Below are positions 9,978 to 19,026 of a DNA stretch of 64,000 nucleotides, in pieces. Position numbers and translations under genes: made by a program. The stretch covers positions 572-64,571 of the forward strand of contig CAYXUZ010000011.1 of the NCBI GenBank assembly GCA_964467705.1, written 5' to 3'. The notes beneath the pieces were generated by a model. The model searched no databases. It worked only from the letters and a program-made list of their open reading frames with translations, and was not told the DNA's origin. The first letter of the stretch is position 1; every line of letters starts with the position of its first letter. Source of the stretch: an uncultured Ardenticatenaceae bacterium (GTDB lineage Bacteria > Chloroflexota > Anaerolineae > Promineifilales > Promineifilaceae).

Positions 9978-11276
9978 ATGAACAAACCCGAAAAGCATCC
10001 CCGCCTGATACGCCTGCTCAATATCCTGATTCCGCTCATGCTTTCCATTCTGGCAGTTTTTGTGACATTGGAAATAGCCTTTCACCTCTTCTACCAGCTC
10101 ATCCCCCTTGAGGTGTGCGCCGCCGACCCCATCATCGGCACATATTACTGCCAACCCTACTTCGAATACGACAAACCCATCCGCTACGGCTACAAATACA
10201 TACCCGGCTTCCGGTTGGAAGGCATATGGGACCCGGCTAATCCTTTCCTGGCCAATAGCGAAAACAGCACCGCGCCTACCCCTCGTGATGATGCCTTTCC
10301 CTACCTGTTTGAAACAGACGACATGGGTTTCCCCAATAAACCCGGCCCCTGGCAAGACTCCTATGATATTGTGATTGCCGGCGACTCTTTCACTATTCGC
10401 ACTGCGCCACAAACCTGGATGGAACTCTTGGCCGAACAAACCGACACTGACATTCTAACGTTGGGCGCGCCCAGTTGGAGCACACTCAACGAGGTTGAAG
10501 CCACTAAACAATTTGGCCTGGACAAAAACCCGGAGTGGGTACTGCTCATGTTTTTTGAGGGGAACGATCTGGTCAATACCGGTCAATATCTGGAACGGCG
10601 CGATAGTGGCCTGGACTGGCGTGAATTTGATATGCAAGGGGTGTCGTTGCGCCGCCGCCTGATAACACCTCACTTTTTTGGTTATCTTTGGGGCAAGTTA
10701 TTCCCACATGAGGCAGCCGAACCAGCAAAATATCGCTACCCTGTGGCAGCCAGTACCGAAGTTGGGGAGATTGAAACGGTGTTTAAGGAGGTACATTTGT
10801 TGCCGCTTAGCGCCGATTATGACACCCTGGCTCATTCAGACGAATTCGCAGCGATGAAAGAGGGATTATTGGAACTTCAGGCATTAACCGCCGCACAAGG
10901 AGCGCGGCTGCTGGTGGTCTATATTCCCAGCAAAGAACATGTGTTGTGGTCGCGGGTGTGGGACGAGGCTGATGTGAATAATGTGTTGGAGCGCACGGTC
11001 ACAGCACGGTTGAGCGAGGGGGATCACGGCCGTCTGCTCTTCGACCCCGTTTACCTGAGTTATGACCAATTCACGGAAAACCAGCGCTCTCAAGAGCAGT
11101 TGCTTACCGATTTTACGGCCGAAGCTGGCATTGATTTCCTCAACCTTACCCCCATTTTCTGGCAGAAAAGTATTGAAGCAGGTGAACTATACCATTTCGC
11201 CGACCCTCACTGGAACCAGGCCGGTAATCAACTTGCAGCCGATGCCATCGCGGCTTATCTGGAAGAGGCCAGATAG
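9978..11276 (+). CDS. Membrane-anchored SGNH-like protein resembling AlgX/AlgJ O-acetyltransferases
   Basis: N-terminal TM helix, IVIAGDSFT (GDS) and FADPHWNQAGNQLAA (DxHW motif of AlgJ/AlgX-like proteins). The start at 9978 lies after an AAACAC word repeat. Confidence 0.55.
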   Translation: MNKPEKHPRLIRLLNILIPLMLSILAVFVTLEIAFHLFYQLIPLEVCAADPIIGTYYCQPYFEYDKPIRYGYKYIPGFRLEGIWDPANPFLANSENSTAPTPRDDAFPYLFETDDMGFPNKPGPWQDSYDIVIAGDSFTIRTAPQTWMELLAEQTDTDILTLGAPSWSTLNEVEATKQFGLDKNPEWVLLMFFEGNDLVNTGQYLERRDSGLDWREFDMQGVSLRRRLITPHFFGYLWGKLFPHEAAEPAKYRYPVAASTEVGEIETVFKEVHLLPLSADYDTLAHSDEFAAMKEGLLELQALTAAQGARLLVVYIPSKEHVLWSRVWDEADVNNVLERTVTARLSEGDHGRLLFDPVYLSYDQFTENQRSQEQLLTDFTAEAGIDFLNLTPIFWQKSIEAGELYHFADPHWNQAGNQLAADAIAAYLEEAR

Positions 11277-11281
11277 ACATT

Positions 11282-12520
11282 TTACGGCACGCCACACGGC
11301 CGTGCCCACCCCGCCAATAGCCAACAAGCCATATCCTGCGCCAGCCATGCCTGCGCATCCACCCACACCCCGTTCACCAACAAATCCCAATGCAGATGAT
11401 TGCCGGTAGAAAGACCGGTAGTGCCCACTGCGCCGATCACCTGCCCCGGCTGCACCTGCTCACCCGGCGCGGCCAAAACTTCAGACATATGGTAAAAGCC
11501 GGTATAAATCCCCAACCCATGATCAATGATGACCGTCCCGCCACGTACATACAGCGGTTCGGCCACAACCACCGTGCCCGCAGCCGGCGCAAACACGGCC
11601 GTACCCCCATACGCCGAAAAATCTACCCCCTCATGGTAGCTGCTGAACGGCCCACCATTGTACGAACGGCGCGCCCCAAACGGCGACGAAATTTCCAGGT
11701 AATCACTGATGGGTAGCTGGAACGAGGCATCCCATTGCGGTTCAGGACTGTTTTGTTCCCAGATGGCAAACAGGCGCTCCCGCTCCTGGCGAATGGACTC
11801 CTGGTCAATTTCGGCCGCCGTACCCGTCAGGGTGATGGATTGGTATTCCCACAAATCCGGGTCTTCAAACTGCCAGGGCTGTGACCAGAGCGGCCCCTGC
11901 CCCACCTGGATGGTCAGTTCCGGTTGGCGACGGCCGTAAAAAGCCCCCGTGCCCGTCAATGCCAGCCAACGGCCGTCGGCCGTAAAACTATCCATCGCCG
12001 CTCCACCCAACGCCGCCAGCACCGGCTCATCGCCAGCAACTGCCCCGCGCAGCCCCAACGCCTGCCCCGGCTGCGCCACCTGTTGTGACAATTCCAACCC
12101 GGTCAGGCCCACCGGCCATTCCCGCGGCGGCGTCTGCCCGCCGGGGGCAAAAAGCGGCGCATACAACAAGGGGCGATAAGGTGATTCCAGCCCATTTTGC
12201 AGCGCCAGTTGCCAGGGGGATTGGTTGTGGGACACGGCCGTTGCCAGCACATTCCCATACGGCCGTGTCAACACCCCCATCCGTTCCCCGCCAGAACCGG
12301 GAATGGTGACGGCCGTGCCAATCACCGGCTGCCGCTGCCGGTTCAACTGCGGATTCACCGCCTGCAAATCGGCCACCGACACGCCGTACCGATACGCCAA
12401 TGCCCGCCAGGTATCCCCCACATTCACGGTATGAGTCACATTATTTTCCTGAGCAGCTAACGGCCGTGTTCCCCACGCCACACACCAAACTATCAAACAA
12501 ACATAGGCCCATCTTTTCAT
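11282..12520 (-). CDS. Secreted LysM-domain M23 metallopeptidase
   Basis: Signal peptide MKRWAYVCLIVWCVAWG, LysM (HTVNVGDTWRALAYRYGVSVADLQAVNP), and M23 motifs HEGVDFSA and GNHLHWDL. Confidence 0.9.
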   Translation of the reverse strand: MKRWAYVCLIVWCVAWGTRPLAAQENNVTHTVNVGDTWRALAYRYGVSVADLQAVNPQLNRQRQPVIGTAVTIPGSGGERMGVLTRPYGNVLATAVSHNQSPWQLALQNGLESPYRPLLYAPLFAPGGQTPPREWPVGLTGLELSQQVAQPGQALGLRGAVAGDEPVLAALGGAAMDSFTADGRWLALTGTGAFYGRRQPELTIQVGQGPLWSQPWQFEDPDLWEYQSITLTGTAAEIDQESIRQERERLFAIWEQNSPEPQWDASFQLPISDYLEISSPFGARRSYNGGPFSSYHEGVDFSAYGGTAVFAPAAGTVVVAEPLYVRGGTVIIDHGLGIYTGFYHMSEVLAAPGEQVQPGQVIGAVGTTGLSTGNHLHWDLLVNGVWVDAQAWLAQDMACWLLAGWARPCGVP

Positions 12521-12611
12521 GCCGGGAATGTATCCTTTTCGTCTGCCTTGCACAAACGCATAGCCCGTTATAGTATCCACCACCCATGCTATTCTCAGTA
12601 GTTCAAAATGG

Positions 12612-12667
12612 GCGGAGTGGGCATCCTCAGATGCCCACCGGTGGGCATCTGAGGATGCCCACTCCGC
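12612..12667. repeat. Perfect 56-bp palindrome in a divergent promoter region
   Basis: GCGGAGTGGGCATCCTCAGATGCCCACC (12612-12639) is followed immediately by its exact reverse complement (12640-12667). Each arm contains its own GGGCATC/GATGCCC sub-hairpin. Confidence 0.95.
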
Positions 12668-12744
12668 TTTGATCTACACATTCTTGATTTCTTTTCTTTG
12701 CACCCTTTGCAACTTTGCACCTTTGCGTCAAAAAAGGAGTTCCC

Positions 12745-13518
12745 ATGAACCAATTTGATCTCACCGGAAAAGTAGCCCTCATCACCGGAGCCTCACGCGG
12801 CATTGGGCAGGCGATTGCCGAAGCGTATGCCGCCGCCGGGGCCAGCGTTGTCCTCGCCAGCCGCAAACAAAGCGGTGTAGACGAAGTGGCCACCCTGATC
12901 AACAGCCAGGGTGGCAAGGCATTGGCATTGGCGGCCCATACGGGGGAGCAAACGGCCGTAGACGCCCTCATCCAGCAAGCCGTCAACACGTTCGGTGGCA
13001 TTGACATTCTCGTCAACAACGCCGCCACCAACCCCCACTTTGGCCCGATTATGACCGCCGAAGAGAGCCATTGGGACAAAATTCTGGATGTGAACGTGAA
13101 AGGGTACTTCCGCGTCGCCAAAGCGTGTGCGCCCATCATGCAGCAGCGCGGCGGCGGCAAGATCATCAATATGGCTTCAATCGCCGGTAAAAAGCCGCAG
13201 CCCGGCATGGGAATCTACTGCGTCAGCAAAGCGGCCGTACTCATGCTCACCGAGGTCTTGGCCGTGGAACTGGCAAACGCCAACATTCAGGTGAACGCCA
13301 TCGCCCCCGGTTTCATCAAGACCCGCTTCAGCCAGGCCATTTGGGGCAACGAACAAATCAACAGCATGGTCATGAAGACCATCCCCCAGGGACGTATGGC
13401 CGAACCGGAAGAATTAACCGGCATCGCCCTCTACCTGGCCTCGCCCGCTTCCAACTTCACCACCGGCAGCACCTTCCTGATTGACGGCGGGCAGTTTATT
13501 AGCAGCGGCATTGGCTAG
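12745..13518 (+). CDS. Short-chain dehydrogenase/reductase (SDR)
   Basis: AAAGGAG RBS 12733-12739. [12 protein letters not shown] (TGxxxGxG), NNAA, and YCVSKAA (YxxxK). Confidence 0.93.
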   Translation: MNQFDLTGKVALITGASRGIGQAIAEAYAAAGASVVLASRKQSGVDEVATLINSQGGKALALAAHTGEQTAVDALIQQAVNTFGGIDILVNNAATNPHFGPIMTAEESHWDKILDVNVKGYFRVAKACAPIMQQRGGGKIINMASIAGKKPQPGMGIYCVSKAAVLMLTEVLAVELANANIQVNAIAPGFIKTRFSQAIWGNEQINSMVMKTIPQGRMAEPEELTGIALYLASPASNFTTGSTFLIDGGQFISSGIG

Positions 13519-13523
13519 GAGCA

Positions 13524-13597
13524 TGACAAGGTGACAGGATGAAGGGGTGACAAGGTGACAAAAACATCACCCCGGCACCGTGTCACCATGTCACCTT
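13524..13597. repeat. Word hairpin built from GGTGACA / TGTCACC words
   Basis: TGACAAGGTGACAGG...GGGGTGACAAGGTGACA on the left, TGTCACCATGTCACCTT on the right. The same words recur inside moeA at 50478-50516. Confidence 0.8.
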
Positions 13598-13613
13598 ATC
13601 AATTACAGCAATC

Positions 13614-14459
13614 ATGACAGACCACAAATTTATTGCGATTGAAGGCGTCATCGGCGTGGGCAAAACGACACTGGCGCGGCTGCTGCCGCCCTATTTCCCC
13701 AACGCTTCCGTTTTGCTGGAAGTGTTCGAAGAGAACCCATTTCTAGCCGACTTTTACCAAAACCGGGCGCAATATGCGTTTCAGACTCAAATCTTCTTCT
13801 TGCTCAGCCGTTATCACCAACAGCATGAAGCCGTGCCGACTGCTTTGCAGCAAGGCTATCTGGTTTCAGATTACACCTTTGCCAAAGACGAGCTATTTGC
13901 CTGGCTGAATTTGAAGGATGATGAACTGGCGATGTACGGCCGTGTCCATGCCGCCCTCGGTGACAAAATCCCCAAACCCGACCTCATCGTCTACCTGCAA
14001 GCCGACCATGAAGTTGTGATGCGCCGCATTGCCCAACGCGACCGCCCCTACGAACGGGACATGGACCCGGAATACATACGCCAATTGGCCGCCGCCTATG
14101 AAGCCTGGCTGAGTAATTTGCAGGACACGGCCGTGCTCATCTTGCCCGTCAACGACCTCGACTTCCTCTCCCAACCAGACGATGTGGCCTACGCTGCCGC
14201 CCAGATCAAGGAGGTGTTGGACAAACAAACACCCACCCACATTCTCCCCGAAACCACCTGGACGCTGCCGGTGGACGGCCGTCTACCCACCCTCCAGAAC
14301 TTCCACCGCCAACTGGACGCCGCGCCGCCACCTGACGCGCAAGGAAACCGCGCCGCCCTGCGCCACGAACTGGCTGACCTTCTCATCCATCTGCTGAAAC
14401 TGGCTAACGCCACCGGCATTGACCTGGAGCAGGCTTATCTGGAAAGGGTGAAGACGTAA
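13614..14459 (+). CDS. Deoxynucleoside kinase with a short MazG-like helical C-terminal extension
   Basis: P-loop IAIEGVIGVGKTTLARLL, RIAQRDRPYERDMD. The tail ELADLLIHLLKLANATGIDLEQAYLERV resembles the MazG EExGD helix pair. Confidence 0.8.
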   Translation: MTDHKFIAIEGVIGVGKTTLARLLPPYFPNASVLLEVFEENPFLADFYQNRAQYAFQTQIFFLLSRYHQQHEAVPTALQQGYLVSDYTFAKDELFAWLNLKDDELAMYGRVHAALGDKIPKPDLIVYLQADHEVVMRRIAQRDRPYERDMDPEYIRQLAAAYEAWLSNLQDTAVLILPVNDLDFLSQPDDVAYAAAQIKEVLDKQTPTHILPETTWTLPVDGRLPTLQNFHRQLDAAPPPDAQGNRAALRHELADLLIHLLKLANATGIDLEQAYLERVKT

Positions 14460-14553
14460 TCCGCGACCAGTAATCGTCGGAATACGGATTGCGGTTTACG
14501 GGTCACGAATTACGCTTTATACTGCCTACTATCAATTGCGGAGAATAAACAGA

Positions 14554-15144
14554 ATGGCAGAGACAATGATTTTCCCCACCGAAGAAGTCGTGGGGCCAAA
14601 ACAAGGTCACTGGACATATGACGATTACCTCAAGTTGCCGGATGACGGCCGTCGGTATGAGATCATCGAAGGAGTATTATACGTGACCAACGCCCCCGGA
14701 CTTGACCACCAATTTACCGTCTTTGAAATCGCCCGGCAGATGGGCAACTTTGTCATCGAACATAAATTAGGCTACGTCATTACCGCCCCTTTTGAAGTTC
14801 ACCTAGCCGAATATTCTCGCCCTGTTCAGTCTGACGTCCTCTTCATTCGTGCTGAACGTTGGCCTAAGTCCGGCGCTAAATTTTTCACGGGCGCGCCTGA
14901 TCTCATCGTGGAAGTTCTCTCCGACAGCACCGGTCGCACCGATCAATCGGTTAAATTCACTGCCTATGAACAAGCCGGTGTGCCTGAGTATTGGATCGCC
15001 AATCCCAAAACCCGTTCCGTTCAGGTCTTCACCCTATCCGGTCAGGAATACGCCCTGGTCAATCAGTTCATCGGTGAAGAAATCATCCAATCCCACATTT
15101 TTCCCGGCCTGCAAATCACCACCCACACGCTATTCAATCAATAA
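14554..15144 (+). CDS. Uma2-family (DUF820) putative endonuclease
   Basis: YEIIEGVLYV, PDLIVEVLSDST, KFTAYEQAGVPEYWIANP. ATG at 14554. Confidence 0.85.
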   Translation: MAETMIFPTEEVVGPKQGHWTYDDYLKLPDDGRRYEIIEGVLYVTNAPGLDHQFTVFEIARQMGNFVIEHKLGYVITAPFEVHLAEYSRPVQSDVLFIRAERWPKSGAKFFTGAPDLIVEVLSDSTGRTDQSVKFTAYEQAGVPEYWIANPKTRSVQVFTLSGQEYALVNQFIGEEIIQSHIFPGLQITTHTLFNQ

Positions 15145-15185
15145 CCAGGAATTGGTTCAATCTTGGAGATTGAACCAATTCCTGG
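15145..15185 (+). terminator. 18-bp perfect stem hairpin immediately after the Uma2 stop
   Basis: CCAGGAATTGGTTCAATC (15145-15162), loop TTGGA, GATTGAACCAATTCCTGG (15168-15185). No U-tract. Confidence 0.55.
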
Positions 15186-15287
15186 CCGATTCCAGTACCG
15201 AAGTCCGGTTTAGCCCACCTCCATCGTCTGTTACCATCTGCTCCGTGTAGAAGAAGTCTGGCAACTCGCCATACAAAGGAGCAGAAC

Positions 15288-17918
15288 ATGAAACGGTTAT
15301 CCTGGTTTATTTTTCCTGCAATTTTTAGTTCCCTCATCATTTTTATCCTGGTCACGGCCGTGACTTTTGCCGACACGCGCACCGTCAACGGCGGTTTGCC
15401 CCCCCTCATCTTTGTCGCCCGCGCTCACCTGGCCACCGAAGACACCATCTTCCAGAATGAAGTTGGCCCAGCCGGGCAATTTGGCACCGGCCTGCCCAAA
15501 TATGCGCCCGGCAGCCGCCTGGTGCAGCGGGACACCGACGGCACATTGCACGTTTACAACCTGCCCGGTCTGGCAGATGTACAGTCCCCGGATGTCAACT
15601 TCGCCGCTACCAAAATTGTTTTTGCCGGGGCCAGAACCATTGATCCTACCAGCCCGGATTACGGCTGGCGCATTTACGAAGTAAACGTGGGTGACTTCAA
15701 CGGCGCGAGTCTGGTCCAACTCACCCATTCTGACCGCAGCATCACTATTCCCAACGCCCACTTGTGGGGTAATGCCCAAACCTACGGCGATTACCATGAC
15801 CTGTTTCCGGCTTATCTGGCCGACGGCCGTATCGCCTTCAACTCCTCTCGCTATCCCACCCGCGCCCATTACGACGGCCGTGAATCCTTCAACCTCTACG
15901 TAATGAACGGCGATGGCTCCAATCTCCACCGCATCACCACCGAACGCGCCGGCGTTTTGCATCCCACACCGCTGCCGGACGGCCGTATCCTGCTCTCCCG
16001 CTGGTGGAACCAGTTCAACCAGCCCTCCGAAACCGGCATCTACAACCGCATAGACAACGCCGACCACAACGTCACCTTGCCCGATGGCACCGTCATCCTG
16101 GCAAACCCCGACGCCACCTTCAACCCGCCGCTGGCCATCCTGCCCGGCGGTTTTGAGGTGCGGTCAGCCCCCAACACCTGGCACCTGATGACCGTCAACC
16201 CTGATGGCACAGAGTTCCAACGTTTCGCCTGGACACCCTGCTGCTCCTGGAATCTGACCAACGATTCTGGGAGTGGTGATACCTATGCCGCCGCCCAACC
16301 GGCCGTTGTTTTGCACAACGGCCAGCTTTTTGTGGCCTATACCATGCAGCCTGACCAGACAATGGTTCATTCCACGCTCAAGTCCGGCATCCGCATCGCC
16401 CGTCCCGGCGTGGAAATGCTCTACGCCAACGCCGTAGACGCGCTGGCGGGATTGAGCTACGACAAAGCGTGGAACCAGGGGGATGATTCCGGGCCCTATG
16501 CGCTCCATCCGGCGGGGCTACCCGACGGCCGTGTCCTCTACTCTCAATCCGAAGAAGACAACAACCTGCCCACCAGCGGCACGTATGGCGGCTTCGACTT
16601 GCAAGGCTCCAACCTCCGTTACCGCCTGTGGACAATGAACATTGACGGCGCGGGACAGACGCCCGTTGCCATTGACCTGTCACCGTTCGGTTTGGGTACG
16701 GCCGATCTGATGGACGCCACCCCCATCGTCGCCCGCGTGGGCTGGGCATCCCTGCCCGACGCCTTCACCCAGATTGCCAGCGATGACCCGGTGCAGGGCA
16801 ACGTGCCCAACACCCTGCCCGCCTACTGGTTCAGCCAAAACGGGATAGGAGATATTGAATTAGCCACCATTCATAACCCCAACATCTACGCCAACCCTTC
16901 CCTTTTCACCCCCTACGTCAATAATTCACCGCCGCCCGGCAGCGTCGCCTCGGCCGAATTGTGGATTGACGCCAACCAGTTTACCGGGGCCTATTGTTAC
17001 AACGATTGGCCCAGTCCCTGCGCCAACTTCCGCGCCGATGACCAGGTACGCGCCATTCTCTGGGACGAAGTGGAAGTCACGCCGGGTGGGGCTTTTACGA
17101 TGTCTGTACGCGCCGATGTGATGGGCTTTTTTGTGCTGCGTGACGCCGAAGGGCGGCTGGTGCGCGGTTGGGATCGTGGCTACACCACCGTTGCCCAGGG
17201 CAGCGCCTGGGCGCGCCCAGGCGAAACCGTCACCTGCACCGGCTGCCATATGGGACACGTCAGCGGTTCGTTGGATGACGTGCTGGCCGACGCGGAAGCA
17301 GGCTGGCAAAACGTCTCCCCCTATGCCCTGGCCGACGCCAGTTCCCACCGTCCCGGCGACCAGTACAACAGCTTTGGCCCGGAGAAGATCAATGACCGGC
17401 GTGGTTGGATTCCCCGCCCGGCGGGTGGCCCCCCGGCCCCGTTTTTCGACGAAGCGTACCGGGAGCCGTACCAGGATGATGAGTTGGGCTGGCTGACGGA
17501 GGATGGGCACACCGCTGGCGAATGGGTGGAACTGACCTGGCCCATCACCATGCGCGTCAAACAAATCCGGCTGGTTGGCCCACCGCCGGACGGCGGCGAC
17601 TGGAACGGTTTTGGCGAACCGACCCAATACGGGCCGTTTTATGTGGACAATGCCACCCTCAACTTATATCTGGATGATGTACTGGTAGACGGCCGTGCCA
17701 CTGGCCGTATTGAACCACTGGACAATGGTGGCACACTCATCACCTTCCCCACGCCAGTGGAAATCAACCGGCTGCGCCTGACGGTAGATGCCGTCACCGG
17801 ACGCTGGTATTGGGATGAAGTGGCCGCGCTGAATGAAATCGAGGTCATCGGACAGGCGGCCGAAGCCTGGCCGTTGTTAGAGATTTCTTACACCTACCTG
17901 CCCATCATACAACGGTAG
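15288..17918 (+). CDS. Large secreted beta-propeller (PD40/TolB-like) protein with one CxxCH motif and a discoidin-like C-terminal domain
   Basis: Signal or anchor helix at the N-terminus. Repeated DGRIAF / DGRILLSRW / DGRVLYSQ propeller-blade motifs. VTCTGCHMGH (CxxCH). C-terminal GEWVELTW...LNEIEVIG resembles the F5/8 type C domain. Confidence 0.6.
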   Translation: MKRLSWFIFPAIFSSLIIFILVTAVTFADTRTVNGGLPPLIFVARAHLATEDTIFQNEVGPAGQFGTGLPKYAPGSRLVQRDTDGTLHVYNLPGLADVQSPDVNFAATKIVFAGARTIDPTSPDYGWRIYEVNVGDFNGASLVQLTHSDRSITIPNAHLWGNAQTYGDYHDLFPAYLADGRIAFNSSRYPTRAHYDGRESFNLYVMNGDGSNLHRITTERAGVLHPTPLPDGRILLSRWWNQFNQPSETGIYNRIDNADHNVTLPDGTVILANPDATFNPPLAILPGGFEVRSAPNTWHLMTVNPDGTEFQRFAWTPCCSWNLTNDSGSGDTYAAAQPAVVLHNGQLFVAYTMQPDQTMVHSTLKSGIRIARPGVEMLYANAVDALAGLSYDKAWNQGDDSGPYALHPAGLPDGRVLYSQSEEDNNLPTSGTYGGFDLQGSNLRYRLWTMNIDGAGQTPVAIDLSPFGLGTADLMDATPIVARVGWASLPDAFTQIASDDPVQGNVPNTLPAYWFSQNGIGDIELATIHNPNIYANPSLFTPYVNNSPPPGSVASAELWIDANQFTGAYCYNDWPSPCANFRADDQVRAILWDEVEVTPGGAFTMSVRADVMGFFVLRDAEGRLVRGWDRGYTTVAQGSAWARPGETVTCTGCHMGHVSGSLDDVLADAEAGWQNVSPYALADASSHRPGDQYNSFGPEKINDRRGWIPRPAGGPPAPFFDEAYREPYQDDELGWLTEDGHTAGEWVELTWPITMRVKQIRLVGPPPDGGDWNGFGEPTQYGPFYVDNATLNLYLDDVLVDGRATGRIEPLDNGGTLITFPTPVEINRLRLTVDAVTGRWYWDEVAALNEIEVIGQAAEAWPLLEISYTYLPIIQR

Positions 17919-17951
17919 GCTGTTTTCTACCCAAATCGGGTGAAGTGGTTT

Positions 17952-17994
17952 ATGCTACGGATACGGCCGTGACGGACGGCCGTATCCGTAGCAT
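17952..17994 (+). promoter_or_regulatory. Perfect 19-bp-stem hairpin carrying two ACGGCCGT copies and occluding the start codon of the next gene
   Basis: ATGCTACGGATACGGCCGT (17952-17970), loop GACGG, ACGGCCGTATCCGTAGCAT (17976-17994). The ATG of the downstream CDS is at 17993-17995. Confidence 0.7.
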
Positions 17995-19021
17995 GAACGA
18001 GCAACAAGAAGCCCTAACCCCATCGGCCAACTCCCTCTATGAGCTACAAAGCCTGTTAGCGACCCACTACAATTTACAAGAACTCCGCACGCTGGCTTTG
18101 CGGTTCAATCTCGACCTGGAAGATGTGGGGGGCGAAACCAGAGCCGACAAGGCACGTGAACTGACGCTGCTATTTGCCCGGCAAAACAGGTTGACAGAGT
18201 TGTTGACTGCTTTGCAGGAAGAACGTCCGCATGTCAACTGGCCCCACCCCACCCAAGTGGTTGTACCTGTTGTTGAAAAGTGGATATTCTCTCATTGGCT
18301 ACGCGAAAATATATTGGTGATTGGCGGACTGACCGTTGTGCTGCTGTTGAGCATGACGGCCGTGTGGTGGCTGAACGGCCGTGACTCAGACCCAGCCTGG
18401 CATACCGTATCTGGCGGTACCGCCATTTTGGGCACAGCTTCTGAGTTTTGCACACTCCCCGTCCAGCCCTTTCAAATTCAACGTGCCGAGGTGCGCAATC
18501 AGGATTATCTCAACTGTGTTCAGGAAGAGAACTGCGCCCCACCACCGCTCTGGCAAGTTGGCGAAAACGGCTGGACGTATCCGGCAGGCGAGGCTGACCA
18601 CCCCGTCTGGGGGATTAGTTGGAACGATGCCGCTGCTTATTGTGAATCAATTGGCGCACGGTTACCTGACGAGGCGGAGTGGGTGTTTGCCGCCCGTGGT
18701 AATCGCACCGCCAATTACCCCTGGGGGGATGCGTTTGATGGGGCGCTGGGCAATCTGGCGGAATCTGGCAACGGCCGTGATCTGGCTGTTTCCGTGAGTG
18801 CTAACCGCTGCCAGAATCAGCCGGTGTGTGACCTGGTAGGCAATGTGCGTGAATGGGTGCAGGACACGGCCGTGAACGCCTGTTACACCGGCGATGGCAG
18901 CGGCCAGCACATCAGCAAAGGTGGCTCATTTGCCGACAGCGCCGCCACTATCACCCTCTGGACACGGATGCAAAGTGACGAACAACCCTACGTTGGTGTA
19001 CGCTGCGTCCGCGACCAATAA
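17993..19021 (+). CDS. Transmembrane protein: N-terminal effector-associated (death-like) helical domain, TM helix, extracytoplasmic FGE-sulfatase (SUMF1/EgtB-like) domain
   Basis: The N-terminus LYELQSLLATHYNLQELRTLALRFNLDLEDVGG...KARELTLLFARQNRLTELLTAL fits EAD-type adaptor domains. TM helix ILVIGGLTVVLLLSMTAVWWL. FGE motifs HPVWGISWNDAAAYC, RLPDEAEW, GNVREWVQD, GVRCVRD. Confidence 0.75.
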   Translation: MNEQQEALTPSANSLYELQSLLATHYNLQELRTLALRFNLDLEDVGGETRADKARELTLLFARQNRLTELLTALQEERPHVNWPHPTQVVVPVVEKWIFSHWLRENILVIGGLTVVLLLSMTAVWWLNGRDSDPAWHTVSGGTAILGTASEFCTLPVQPFQIQRAEVRNQDYLNCVQEENCAPPPLWQVGENGWTYPAGEADHPVWGISWNDAAAYCESIGARLPDEAEWVFAARGNRTANYPWGDAFDGALGNLAESGNGRDLAVSVSANRCQNQPVCDLVGNVREWVQDTAVNACYTGDGSGQHISKGGSFADSAATITLWTRMQSDEQPYVGVRCVRDQ

Positions 19022-19026
19022 TCCCC

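Noticed and set aside
15297-17627. Long minus-strand ORFs (15297-16067, 16926-17627) inside the propeller gene
   Set aside because: They are GC-rich antisense shadows. The plus-strand frame has a signal sequence, repeated blade motifs and a discoidin-like end.
17993-19021. Diversity-generating retroelement target (FGE/C-type-lectin-fold variable protein)
   Set aside because: The C-terminal region is an ordinary FGE end (KGGSF...GVRCVRD) without an Asn/AAY-rich variable repeat. I saw no template-repeat copy and no reverse transcriptase anywhere in the window.
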